Positions 13,410 through 24,104 of a stretch of 51,925 nt of DNA are shown one piece after another (position 1 is the stretch's first letter; every line of letters starts with the position of its first letter). The stretch comes from Pseudomonadota bacterium (GTDB lineage: Bacteria; Pseudomonadota; Gammaproteobacteria; UBA6429; Thiohalophilaceae), in contig JAJDNN010000049.1 of the NCBI GenBank assembly GCA_022340685.1, forward strand, positions 1 through 51,925, read 5' to 3'. The notes beneath the pieces were generated by a model. That model saw only the letters and a list, made by a program, of their open reading frames with translations. It was not told where the DNA came from and ran no database searches. The position numbers and the translations under genes are program-made.

Positions 13410-15265
13410 GGCGGCGTCGCCTTTAATAGATAGGCATCCAGTACCTTGCGGGCAATGGGACCCGCCACACTACCGCCGTGGCCGCCATTCTCCACGATCA
13501 CGGCAATGGCAATGCGGGGCGCCTCCACTGGGGCGAACACGATGAACAGGGCATGGTCGCGTAGTTTTTTGCTGACTTCCTTTTCATCGTATTCCTCATC
13601 CTGCTTGATGCCGAATACCTGCGCGGTGCCGGTCTTGCCGGCAGCGGTAAAGGGCAGGTTGTAACTGAGGCGGTGGGCCGTGCCCCGTGGACTGCTTATT
13701 ACGCTCTGCATGGCTTCGATCACGGTTTGCCAGTCGCTCTTGCGCACCACTGGGACTGGTGTATTCGACTGCGGTTTGAGTACCTGGTGATTTTTCTCAT
13801 CGGCATCCTGAATGGCATACAGCAATTGCGGCCGGAAGCGGCGACCGTATTCGCCCATAGTAGCGGTAATACTGGCCAGTTGCAGTGGGGTGGCGAGCAT
13901 GAAACCCTGACCAATCCCGGCAATCAACGTTTCGCCTGGATACCACACAGTGCCACGCGCGCGCCGTTTCCATTCACTGGAGGGTAGCAGTCCCGCGGCT
14001 TCACCATTCAGATCGATGCCGGTACGCTGGCCGAGGCCAAAATTCGACAGGAACTGATGCATGCGATCGATCCCCAGGTTCAACGACAGGTCGTAAAAAT
14101 AGACATCGCAGGATTGCACGATGGCCTTGGTCAGGTCGGTCTCGCCGTGGCCCTGCTTTTTCCAGTCGCGATAGCGGCGTGGATCGTTTTTCAGCGTGTA
14201 CCAGCCGGGGCAGTTCAGCGGCTTGGCCGGATTAACGACACCCAGCTCCAGCCCGGCCAGACCGATAAACGGCTTGATGGTGGAACCGGGCGGGTACTGG
14301 CCGCGCAGAGCACGATTGAACAGGGGCCGGTCCGGTGAATCGCGGAGTTGTTTGTAGGTCTTGCTATCCAGGCCATTCGCGAACAGATTAGGGTCAAACG
14401 AGGGAACACTGACGAAAGCCAGCACTGCGCCGTTATTGGGGTCCAGCGCAACCAGCGCGCCATTGTTGTCACCGAACGCTTTTTTGGCGACCGACTGCAG
14501 TTGCATGTCGAGGTTCAGGTACAGGTTTTTGCCGGGCACCGGCAGGGTGCGTTCCAGCACGTTCAAGATACGTCCGGCCGCATTGGTTTCGACCTGCTGG
14601 TAGCCGACGGTGCCGTGCAATATATCTTCGTAGTACTGTTCAACCCCGACCTTGCCAATGAAGCTGGTGCCGGCATAATCGGATGCATCGAGTTTACGCA
14701 GTTCATCCTCATTGATGCGGGAGACGTAGCCGACTGCATGGACCGCCAGCTTGCCCAGTGGATACTGGCGGGCCAGCTCGGCACGGATTTCCACACCCGG
14801 CAGGCGGTACTGGTTGACGGCAATGCGTGACACTTCTTCATCAGTCAGTCGGTATCTCAGCGTAACCCCTTCGAAGCGGCGCTTTTTGCGCCGATACTTG
14901 TGATAGCGCGCCACGTCCTCGTCGGTAAGCGGGATCAGCTTGCGCAACTCCTCGATAGTCCAGTCGAAATCGTCGATATGTTCTGGTATCAGCTCGAGGC
15001 TGAAGCTGGGCAGGTTCTGGGCCAGCAGGATGCCATTACGGTCATAGATCAAGCCACGGATGGGAGGAATGGGCAGGATATTGACCCGGTTGTTTTCCGA
15101 CAGGGTGGCAAAGTGGTCCTGGTTGATGAGTTGCAAATAAACCATGCGGGCCACCAGTGTCACTACCAACAGGCCGGTGATCACAGCGGCGATCACCAGC
15201 CGCTGGGTGAAGATATGGTATTCCCGGATGTGATCCTTGAGAGCGAGACCGTTCAGTTTGGCCAT
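13406..15265 (-). CDS. mrdA: Penicillin-binding protein 2 (elongasome transpeptidase)
   Basis: 619 aa with STIKP (SxxK), SCD-type SxN and KTGTAQ (KTG). ATGA-type overlap with rodA. Confidence 0.95.
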   Translation of the reverse strand: MAKLNGLALKDHIREYHIFTQRLVIAAVITGLLVVTLVARMVYLQLINQDHFATLSENNRVNILPIPPIRGLIYDRNGILLAQNLPSFSLELIPEHIDDFDWTIEELRKLIPLTDEDVARYHKYRRKKRRFEGVTLRYRLTDEEVSRIAVNQYRLPGVEIRAELARQYPLGKLAVHAVGYVSRINEDELRKLDASDYAGTSFIGKVGVEQYYEDILHGTVGYQQVETNAAGRILNVLERTLPVPGKNLYLNLDMQLQSVAKKAFGDNNGALVALDPNNGAVLAFVSVPSFDPNLFANGLDSKTYKQLRDSPDRPLFNRALRGQYPPGSTIKPFIGLAGLELGVVNPAKPLNCPGWYTLKNDPRRYRDWKKQGHGETDLTKAIVQSCDVYFYDLSLNLGIDRMHQFLSNFGLGQRTGIDLNGEAAGLLPSSEWKRRARGTVWYPGETLIAGIGQGFMLATPLQLASITATMGEYGRRFRPQLLYAIQDADEKNHQVLKPQSNTPVPVVRKSDWQTVIEAMQSVISSPRGTAHRLSYNLPFTAAGKTGTAQVFGIKQDEEYDEKEVSKKLRDHALFIVFAPVEAPRIAIAVIVENGGHGGSVAGPIARKVLDAYLLKATPP

Positions 15266-15266
15266 A

Positions 15267-15755
15267 TCAGACTACATGGTATGCTCGGCGAACCTGGCGC
15301 AATAACAGGTAGATCAACGGCCAGACCAGCATGGTGGTAAACGCAGAGGGCAATATGCTCCAGAAGTCCGGTGAATGCCCGGTCAGACCCTTGATCCACA
15401 GCACAATCAGGTTTTGCAACATGGTCAGGACGAAAATACTGAGTGCCTGTTGCCAAAGGGGAAACACCCGGATCCGTTGATGGAGGTGCAGCGTCAAAAA
15501 CGCCACCAGGGCCAGGGCCAGGGCATACTGACCGATCAGGGTGTCACGCAGCACATCCAGCACCAGACCCAGTAACCAGCCGATGCCGACGCTAACCCGG
15601 TTCGGCAGGGCCATGCACCAGTAAATCAGGACCAGGGTCACCCATTCGGGTCGAAGCATTTCCATCAGGCCGGGCAGGGGCACAATGCTCAACGCCAGCG
15701 CCAGCAGGAAGCTTAGCGTAATCACCCAGCCACCATGATGCTGGGTCAGACTCAC
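15267..15755 (-). CDS. mreD: Rod shape-determining protein MreD
   Basis: 162-aa hydrophobic protein. GTG start overlaps the mreC stop (GTGA). Canonical mreBCD position. Confidence 0.9.
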   Translation of the reverse strand: MSLTQHHGGWVITLSFLLALALSIVPLPGLMEMLRPEWVTLVLIYWCMALPNRVSVGIGWLLGLVLDVLRDTLIGQYALALALVAFLTLHLHQRIRVFPLWQQALSIFVLTMLQNLIVLWIKGLTGHSPDFWSILPSAFTTMLVWPLIYLLLRQVRRAYHVV

Positions 15756-16594
15756 GGGACTTCCTCCACCTCAAATTTGCAGGGGTTGGCCATTTGCGGC
15801 AGGTCGCTGACCGCCGGCCAGACCAGCAACACTTCGCGGCTGCGATCCAGCCAGGCGATCGGTTCGGCACGAATCCGGGCAAACGGCAGGGCGGGATTGG
15901 TGGTGACCTCGGTGACCCGCGCCGCCGGGTAGCCGGCCGGAAACACACAGCCCAGGCCGGAGGTGACGAGCAGATCGCCCACCTTGATGTCGGCGTTGTT
16001 AGGCAGGTTGGGGATCTCCAGCAAGCCATCCTGGCCGTGACCTACGGCCACAGCTCGCAGGCCATTGCGCAGGACCTGGACGGGCATGGCGTGGTTGGGA
16101 TCGGTGATCAACATCGCAGTGCTGGAATAGGGGTTGACGTGGATGAGTTTGCCCATGACGCCGCGCGCGTCCACGATCGGCTGGCCCCGATAAAGCAAAT
16201 CATCCCGGTCGCCCTTGTTGATTACCACCACCTTACTGAATGGGTCGAGATCCACAGCCAGCAATTCGGCAATCAGGACTTTTTCGCCGACCCGTTTGGA
16301 GGACTGGAGTAATTCACGCAGGTGGCGGTTTTCTGCTTCGATGAAGGTTAGTTTTTGTAACTGGCTGCGCAGAGCCTGATTTTCACGCTGCAATTCGTCA
16401 TTGTTTACCTGCAGGGTTTCCCGGCTGGCAAAGGCGTCAGCCGTCCAGTCGAAAAAGTCGGCCGGGAGGCTGACCAGGTACTGAATGGGATAGACGAGCA
16501 CAGCAATGCCCGACCGGATATTACGGACATAGTCCGTGCGCTGATCCAGTGTCATCAGGGTGATGGACAGCGCTGCCAGTAGTAGCAGGCGCAT
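15752..16594 (-). CDS. mreC: Rod shape-determining protein MreC (true start probably upstream, up to 16630)
   Basis: 280 aa counted from the first ATG. Coiled-coil region and VLRNGLRAVAVG / VTSGLGCVFPAGYP beta domains. The 12 in-frame codons upstream read VKHLFVQGPSIG, which matches the conserved MreC N-terminus (E. coli MKPIFSRGPSLQ). See findings. Confidence 0.9.
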   Translation of the reverse strand: MRLLLLAALSITLMTLDQRTDYVRNIRSGIAVLVYPIQYLVSLPADFFDWTADAFASRETLQVNNDELQRENQALRSQLQKLTFIEAENRHLRELLQSSKRVGEKVLIAELLAVDLDPFSKVVVINKGDRDDLLYRGQPIVDARGVMGKLIHVNPYSSTAMLITDPNHAMPVQVLRNGLRAVAVGHGQDGLLEIPNLPNNADIKVGDLLVTSGLGCVFPAGYPAARVTEVTTNPALPFARIRAEPIAWLDRSREVLLVWPAVSDLPQMANPCKFEVEEVP

Positions 16595-16707
16595 GCCAAT
16601 CGACGGGCCTTGTACAAACAGGTGCTTAACGGTAACCCCCCCGAGCCGGTCGAAACAACGTCTCTCCCAGACAGGGAAGCTGGCGCCAGTCGATCAGAGC
16701 AAGAAGA

Positions 16708-17757
<1,050 letters not shown>

Positions 17758-17884
17758 TTATCGTCTTCTGGTGAGGTGGATGTGGCTAAACGGCTACTGT
17801 AATAAAAGAGTGGGGCTTTGGGCAAGCAATCAACTGTGATAACGTTACCAATTTTCCCGCCTAGCCTCTCAAGGAGCTGTTTGG

Positions 17885-18172
17885 ATGTCGCTGGACAAAA
17901 CCGATGTAAACAAGATTGCGCATCTGGCGCGCCTCGACATCGCCGCGCCGGATATTGATGTGTATGCCTCAAACCTGTCCAGTATTCTCGACCTGGTCGC
18001 GCAAATGAACAGTGTCGACACCGACGCAGTGACACCTATGGCGCATCCCACCGACGCCGTTCAGCGCTTGCGGGAAGACAAGGTCACCGCCGTCGATCAG
18101 CGCGAAAAATTCCAGGCCATTGCCCCTCAGGTCGATGCCGGGCTGTATCTGGTGCCCAAGGTGATTGAGTAA
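17885..18172 (+). CDS. gatC: Asp/Glu-tRNA amidotransferase subunit C
   Basis: 95 aa, with VNKIAHLARLDI and LYLVPKVIE. Divergent from mreB, as in Pseudomonas. Confidence 0.95.
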   Translation: MSLDKTDVNKIAHLARLDIAAPDIDVYASNLSSILDLVAQMNSVDTDAVTPMAHPTDAVQRLREDKVTAVDQREKFQAIAPQVDAGLYLVPKVIE

Positions 18173-18199
18173 TCCCCGCTTCATTCTGCAGACCATATC

Positions 18200-19654
18200 A
18201 TGCATAACAAAACCATTGCCCAACTCGCCGCCGGTTTGCGCGCGGGTGAGTATTCCAGCCAGGAACTGACGCGGGCGATACTGGATCGCATTGCCCGACT
18301 CGACGGCAGGCTGAATAGTTTTATCACCGTCAGCGACGAACTCGCCCTGGAGCAGGCCCGACTCGCGGATCAACGCCTGGCTGCCGGTGAGGCCGGTCCG
18401 TTAACGGGTATCCCCGTGGCCCAGAAAGACATCTTCTGTAGCGACGGGGTACTGACAACCTGCGGTTCACGCATGCTGGAAAATTTCGTTGCCCCGTATG
18501 ATGCGACGGTGGTGGAACGGTTCAACGCCGCAGGTGCGGTGCTTGCGGGTAAGACCAACATGGACGAGTTCGCGATGGGCTCCTCCAACGAAACCAGCTA
18601 TTACGACCCGGTCCGCAATCCCTGGAACACCGATACGGTGCCGGGTGGTTCATCCGGGGGTTCGGCTGCCGCAGTGGCGGCGAGGCTGGTTCCCGGTTCT
18701 ACCGGTACCGACACGGGCGGTTCAATTCGACAGCCTGCTGCGTTGTGTGGCATCACCGGTCTCAAGCCCACCTACGGGCGGGTGTCGCGTTACGGCATGA
18801 TTGCCTTTGCCTCCAGTCTGGATCAGGCCGGCCCACTGGCCCGCAGTGCCGAGGATGCGGCCATTTTGCTGGGCGCCATGGCCGGTTTCGACGAACGGGA
18901 TTCTACCAGCATTGAGCACCCGGTGCCGGACTACACCGCCACACTCGCCAATGATCTCAAGGGACTGAAAGTCGGGTTGCCCAGGGAGTATTTCAGTGTG
19001 GGGCTGGATAGCGAAGTGGGCAAGGCAGTGGAGGCAGCGATTGATGAATATAAACGCATCGGCGTCGAGATGGTCGATATCAGCCTGCCCAATACCCACC
19101 TGGCGGTGCCGGCCTATTATGTGGTGGCCCCGGCCGAATGTTCCTCCAACCTGTCCCGCTTTGACGGGGTGCGGTTCGGCCATCGCTGCGACAACCCGAA
19201 GGACCTGGAAGACCTGTACAAGCGCTCCCGCGGTGAGGGTTTTGGACCGGAAGTTAAACGTCGCATTATGATCGGAACCTATGCCTTGTCGGCCGGTTAC
19301 TACGACGCCTATTACCTGAAGGCACAGAAAGTACGCCGTCTCATCAGCGATGATTTCCGGCAGGCATTCGAGCAGGTGGATGTCATCATGGGACCCACGT
19401 CACCCTCGGTGGCTTTCAAACTGGGTGAACGGACCGACGATCCCATTACGATGTACTTGTCGGACATCTATACCATTGCCGTCAATCTGGCGGGCCTGCC
19501 CGGGATGTCCATCCCGGCCGGTTTCGCGAACCAGTTGCCGGTCGGCCTGCAGATCATCGGCAATTACTTTGACGAAGCCCGCCTGCTGAATGTCGCCCAC
19601 CAGTTCCAGCAGGTCACGGATTATCATCAACAGATCCCGGTGGGGTTTGAATAA
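18200..19654 (+). CDS. gatA: Asp/Glu-tRNA amidotransferase subunit A
   Basis: 484 aa. Amidase signature [12 protein letters not shown] and [12 protein letters not shown]. Confidence 0.97.
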   Translation: MHNKTIAQLAAGLRAGEYSSQELTRAILDRIARLDGRLNSFITVSDELALEQARLADQRLAAGEAGPLTGIPVAQKDIFCSDGVLTTCGSRMLENFVAPYDATVVERFNAAGAVLAGKTNMDEFAMGSSNETSYYDPVRNPWNTDTVPGGSSGGSAAAVAARLVPGSTGTDTGGSIRQPAALCGITGLKPTYGRVSRYGMIAFASSLDQAGPLARSAEDAAILLGAMAGFDERDSTSIEHPVPDYTATLANDLKGLKVGLPREYFSVGLDSEVGKAVEAAIDEYKRIGVEMVDISLPNTHLAVPAYYVVAPAECSSNLSRFDGVRFGHRCDNPKDLEDLYKRSRGEGFGPEVKRRIMIGTYALSAGYYDAYYLKAQKVRRLISDDFRQAFEQVDVIMGPTSPSVAFKLGERTDDPITMYLSDIYTIAVNLAGLPGMSIPAGFANQLPVGLQIIGNYFDEARLLNVAHQFQQVTDYHQQIPVGFE

Positions 19655-19820
19655 AACGCGACAGGTCAATAGCAAAGAAAGTGTGTAACAAGACTACAGG
19701 AATGAACTTTATTTTGATTCGGGTTAAACGCGTTATCACGTTCCTCGATAAAGGGTCCCCGATGCGATCTGCCTGCTGCCTTCCTGCGGTCATCGTTCCT
19801 CGTTACCAGGTATAGTATTT

Positions 19821-21254
19821 ATGCAATGGGAAACAGTAATCGGGCTGGAAATTCATACCCAGCTGGCAACCCGGTCCAAAATTTTTTCCGGGGCCTCCAC
19901 CGCCTATGGCGCGGCGCCCAACACCCAGGCCTGTGCGGTCGATCTCGGCCTGCCAGGTGTTCTGCCGGTTTTGAATGGTGAAGTGGTCAATATGGCTATC
20001 AAGTTTGGACTGGCCATCAATGCCGAGGTTGCGCCACTGTCTGTGTTTGCTCGAAAAAATTATTTCTATCCCGACCTGCCCAAAGGCTACCAGATCAGCC
20101 AGTACGAATTACCCATCGTCGGCAAGGGTGAGGTAACTATCGAACTTGACGATGGCAGTAGCAAGGTTATTGGCGTAACACGCGCCCACCTGGAAGAAGA
20201 CGCGGGCAAGTCATTGCATGAGGACTTTCACGGTATGACCGGCATTGATCTGAATCGCGCTGGTACGCCATTGCTGGAAATCGTCTCCGAGCCAGACATG
20301 TGTTCGGCGCAGGAGGCCGTGGCCTACATGAAGAAGATCCATTCCCTGGTCCGCTACCTGGAGATCAGTGACGGCAACATGCAGGAAGGCTCGTTTCGCT
20401 GCGATGCTAATGTATCAGTTCGGCCCAAAGGACAACAGAAACTCGGCACCCGCACCGAATTGAAAAATATCAATTCGTTTCGTTTCGTGGAGCGGGCCAT
20501 TGAATTTGAAGTGGAGCGCCAGATCGATCTGCTCGAGGATGGCGGCAAGGTGGTTCAGGAAACGCGCCTGTATGATCCCGCCAAGGGAGAAACCCGTTCC
20601 ATGCGTTCCAAGGAAGAGGCTATGGACTATCGTTACTTTCCCGACCCGGATCTGCTACCGGTTGAGATTACCACGGAGCATATCGAGCGGATCCGCGCCA
20701 CTCTGCCGGAACTTCCAGATGCCAAGCGGACCCGTTTTGTCAGTGCCTATGGTCTGAGTGATGACGACGCCGGCTTTTTGACAGCGAGCCGCGACGTCGC
20801 AGCCTACTATGAACAGGTCGTTGCCGAGGCGGGCGATGCCAGACTGGCGGCCAACTGGGTAAGGGGTGAACTGGCCGGTTATCTCAACCGGGAGAACACT
20901 GAAATCAACGACAGCCCGGTCAGCGCTGCGATGTTGGCAGGCCTTATTAAACGTATCCAGGACAATACCATCTCCGGCAAGATTGCCAAGGATGTCTTTG
21001 AAGGCATGTGGCAAGGCGAAGGCGATGCCGATGCCATTATCGAAAGCAAGGGACTCAGGCAGATCACCGACAGTGGGGCCCTCGAAGCCCTGGTGGATGA
21101 GGTTATTGCCAACAATCCCGAGCAAGTGGAACAGTTCCGGGCCGGTAAAGACAAGGTGCTGGGTTTCTTTGTCGGCCAGATTATGAAGGCGACCCATGGC
21201 AAGGCCAATCCGGGCCAGATAAATGCATTATTACGCAAGAAACTGAGTGACTAA
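19821..21254 (+). CDS. gatB: Asp/Glu-tRNA amidotransferase subunit B
   Basis: 477 aa. [30 protein letters not shown] and RYFPDPDL. Confidence 0.97.
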   Translation: MQWETVIGLEIHTQLATRSKIFSGASTAYGAAPNTQACAVDLGLPGVLPVLNGEVVNMAIKFGLAINAEVAPLSVFARKNYFYPDLPKGYQISQYELPIVGKGEVTIELDDGSSKVIGVTRAHLEEDAGKSLHEDFHGMTGIDLNRAGTPLLEIVSEPDMCSAQEAVAYMKKIHSLVRYLEISDGNMQEGSFRCDANVSVRPKGQQKLGTRTELKNINSFRFVERAIEFEVERQIDLLEDGGKVVQETRLYDPAKGETRSMRSKEEAMDYRYFPDPDLLPVEITTEHIERIRATLPELPDAKRTRFVSAYGLSDDDAGFLTASRDVAAYYEQVVAEAGDARLAANWVRGELAGYLNRENTEINDSPVSAAMLAGLIKRIQDNTISGKIAKDVFEGMWQGEGDADAIIESKGLRQITDSGALEALVDEVIANNPEQVEQFRAGKDKVLGFFVGQIMKATHGKANPGQINALLRKKLSD

Positions 21255-21332
21255 CGCCGGTACTGGCTGATTGACGCCGGTACTTTGGCGCGATTCCGCG
21301 TTACTCGGTACCTGTTCCTCGCCACTGATGTT

Positions 21333-22205
21333 ATGAAAGATATCCTGCAACGCTTCCTGTTTGAAAATGCGGACATCCGCGGTGACCTGGTGCATCTGGA
21401 TGCGACCTGGCAGGCGGTGCTGGACAAGCATGACTATCCCGAACCGGTGCGCAAGCTGTTGGGCGAGATGATGGTGGCGTCGGTTTTGTTGTCTGCTACG
21501 CTGAAATTCAAGGGACGGATGACTATCCAGATCCAGGGCGATGGGCCGATATCGCTAATGGTTGTCGAATGCACCAGTGAACGCACATTGCGTGGCCTGG
21601 CGCATGCGGCGGAAGATCTGCCGGATGGTGACCTTGGTACATTGGTCGGCCCGGGACGCCTTGCCATTACCCTTGAGCCGGATGACGGTCCGGAACGTTA
21701 CCAGAGTATTGTGGAACTGACCGGTGATACACTCAGTGAAGTGCTTGAAAACTACCTGGATATCTCTGAACAGCTGGACACCCGTCTCTGGTTAGCAGTG
21801 GATAACCAGCGGGCAGCCGGCCTGTTGATTCAGAAGCTGCCGGTTGCCAAGCCGCGATCGGATACCGATGCATGGAACCGGATTAGCAAACTGTCATCGA
21901 CCATCCGGGATGAAGAACTGTTGAACCTCTCCGCGCTGGAGATCATCCATCGTCTATATCACGAAGAGGGTGTGCGGGTTTTCGAAGCCGAAGCCGTCTG
22001 TTTCCGCTGCAGTTGTGATCGTGAGCGGGTAGGCAACATGCTCCGTACCCTGGGATTGGAGGAAGTTCGGTCAATTATTCGTGACGAAGGTAGCGTACGG
22101 GTTGCGTGTGAATTCTGTAACCACAAGTATGAGTTTGATGTGATAGATACCGAGCAGTTGTTCGCGGCCGAACTGCCCCCGGACGTGCCGACCACCCGGC
22201 ATTAA
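21333..22205 (+). CDS. hslO: Redox-regulated chaperone Hsp33
   Basis: The track start (TTG 21285) was trimmed to the ATG giving MKDILQRFLFENADIRGDLVHLD. C-terminal zinc centre CFRCSC ... CEFCNHKYEF. Confidence 0.9.
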   Translation: MKDILQRFLFENADIRGDLVHLDATWQAVLDKHDYPEPVRKLLGEMMVASVLLSATLKFKGRMTIQIQGDGPISLMVVECTSERTLRGLAHAAEDLPDGDLGTLVGPGRLAITLEPDDGPERYQSIVELTGDTLSEVLENYLDISEQLDTRLWLAVDNQRAAGLLIQKLPVAKPRSDTDAWNRISKLSSTIRDEELLNLSALEIIHRLYHEEGVRVFEAEAVCFRCSCDRERVGNMLRTLGLEEVRSIIRDEGSVRVACEFCNHKYEFDVIDTEQLFAAELPPDVPTTRH

Positions 22206-22246
22206 TGCCTTCCAACAGCTATAATTACAATGTGATGCAATTTTTT

Positions 22247-22474
22247 ATGAATACGAACAGGAATCACACTACCAGCCTAATGATTCTGGTCCTGATGGCG
22301 ACCATGCTGGTTTCGGCCTGCAGCAGCCAGGAAGTCAATCGGACCCTGTACAGCACCTTGGGAAATATCGGTGACCAGCAATGCAGCAAGGAAACCCTGG
22401 CTAACTGTCAGCAACAGCAGGGCTATGCAACCTATCGCAAGGAACGCGAACAGGTATTGGACGGGCAAAACTAG
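22247..22474 (+). CDS. Small putative lipoprotein (hypothetical)
   Basis: Internal ATG gives MNTNRNHTTSLMILVLMATMLVSAC|SSQE, a signal peptide plus lipobox. 75 aa. No family recognised. Confidence 0.5.
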   Translation: MNTNRNHTTSLMILVLMATMLVSACSSQEVNRTLYSTLGNIGDQQCSKETLANCQQQQGYATYRKEREQVLDGQN

Positions 22475-22559
22475 ACCGCATGGCCTGGCGGGAAGAAATG
22501 CTGCCTGGCGTCTTTCAAAAATCCGGCTAGGTCTGGATATCTCAACATCGTTATCGATT

Positions 22560-23081
22560 ATGCGCCGCGACCATGATGAACTGGGCGACTATCCTGTAAT
22601 CCCTAAGACGGAACTCGGGAAACTACGCGGGTTGGTGTTGATTACGACGCTACTTTTTCTGGCGGGGGTGCTCAGCCCGATGTTGACGGTCACCCGGTTC
22701 ATGGTAGTGAACAACACTTTTTCAGTTGTTTCCGGAATTTTCCAGCTGCTGCAAGACGGCCAGTATATCCTCTTCATTGTGGTGGCCGGATTCAGTGTGG
22801 TTTTACCCCTGCTGAAGCTATGGGTGCTTTACCGCCTAACCGGGATCGATGCACAAAAGCCCCGGCGTATGGCGCATTATCTATACTGGATGCATGAATA
22901 CGGGCGTTGGGCCATGCTGGATGTGATGGTGGTGGCAGTTTTGATCGTGGCTGTCAAACTTAAGATGGTGGCAAGTATCGAAGTCCACTATGGTCTGTAT
23001 CTGTTTGGTGGGGCAGTCCTGATGATGAGCTATCTTACCCACAGGATCGTGCGCATGACCGACACACCACGGGGCCGCTAA
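22560..23081 (+). CDS. Single-module PqiA-like (paraquat-inducible protein A family) membrane protein
   Basis: Track ORF trimmed to the ATG at 22560 (MRRDHDELGDYP). The TM pattern with FSVVSGIFQLL, VVLPLLKLWVL and YGRWAMLDVMVVAVLI resembles one PqiA repeat. Only 173 aa. Confidence 0.6.
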   Translation: MRRDHDELGDYPVIPKTELGKLRGLVLITTLLFLAGVLSPMLTVTRFMVVNNTFSVVSGIFQLLQDGQYILFIVVAGFSVVLPLLKLWVLYRLTGIDAQKPRRMAHYLYWMHEYGRWAMLDVMVVAVLIVAVKLKMVASIEVHYGLYLFGGAVLMMSYLTHRIVRMTDTPRGR

Positions 23082-23166
23082 CGTTACGTATGAGAGGCCG
23101 AGCGAAACGAGGTCCTAGCCCGTCCTCAGGAAGGGCAAACTGTCTAAGCTCCGTAAAAATTTACAT

Positions 23167-24102
23167 TCAGACATCACGCCGAAAATAGTTGTTAGTGATG
23201 TCGTTATGGATGGTGATCAGACCAGCCTGAAGTTTGTCGATATATGTGTGCAATTCGACCTGTTTGAGTCTATCTGGATTGGCGTCGAGCACGGTTTGTT
23301 GAAGTTGCTTAATGTGTTTTACGCTTTGCGCATGTCCTGGCAGGTGTTCTAAACAGGATTCCACTTCGCACAAGGTATGGTATACCGCACGCGGAAAGCT
23401 GCGCTCCTGCAACAGGAATTTCAACACATCAGGTCGTCGCACACGAATCTGAATTATGCGGCGGTACATCTGATAACCGGTTAATGATTTCAAGACGCTC
23501 ATCCATTGAATGTTTTCATACGGGGTGAGGTTTTCTTCGTGTTCTTCTTCTAATAAGTCGGCTGAGCGTACATCAATGATGCGCGTGGTCATGTCGGCGC
23601 GTTCCAGGTTTCGGCCTATGCGCAGAAAATCATAACCGATGTCGTGATACATAGTACCGGCGAGTTGACCAGTAAGGGTTTGTGCGCCGAGGATAATTTT
23701 TTGCAAATAGCTGTGACGGTTCTTGCGCGCAATTCCGGATTGGGCGTTGGACTTGGCATAGATAAACAAGTCATTAATACTTTCCCATGTTTCACGTGGA
23801 ATGATATCGCGTATAGTACGAGCATTTTCACGCGCACCTTGCAACGAGGTATGAATCGAACCGGGGTTGAGCAAGTCAGAAATCATGAATTTTAGAATGT
23901 GGCGTTCGTCGGCGATATCATGGTGTGTGTTAAAGATTTCTTCGCTACCCATGATCTCGATGATCGGTTCCCAGCCGACGTTTGCACTGCGCGGTAAATC
24001 CAAAATTAAGTTAGTGGTAACACTGAGTAGGCGTGCAGTGTTTTCAGCCCGCTCTATATAACGGGCCATCCAGTATATGTTTTCAGCCACGCGCGATAGC
24101 AT
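23167..24102 (-). CDS. Alpha-E domain protein (COG2307 / DUF403)
   Basis: 311 aa beginning MLSRVAENIYWMARYIERAENTARLL, the characteristic alpha-E N-terminus. Lies 2 nt downstream of the ATP-grasp gene, with a GGAGGGAGG Shine-Dalgarno sequence. Confidence 0.85.
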   Translation of the reverse strand: MLSRVAENIYWMARYIERAENTARLLSVTTNLILDLPRSANVGWEPIIEIMGSEEIFNTHHDIADERHILKFMISDLLNPGSIHTSLQGARENARTIRDIIPRETWESINDLFIYAKSNAQSGIARKNRHSYLQKIILGAQTLTGQLAGTMYHDIGYDFLRIGRNLERADMTTRIIDVRSADLLEEEHEENLTPYENIQWMSVLKSLTGYQMYRRIIQIRVRRPDVLKFLLQERSFPRAVYHTLCEVESCLEHLPGHAQSVKHIKQLQQTVLDANPDRLKQVELHTYIDKLQAGLITIHNDITNNYFRRDV

Positions 24103-24104
24103 AT

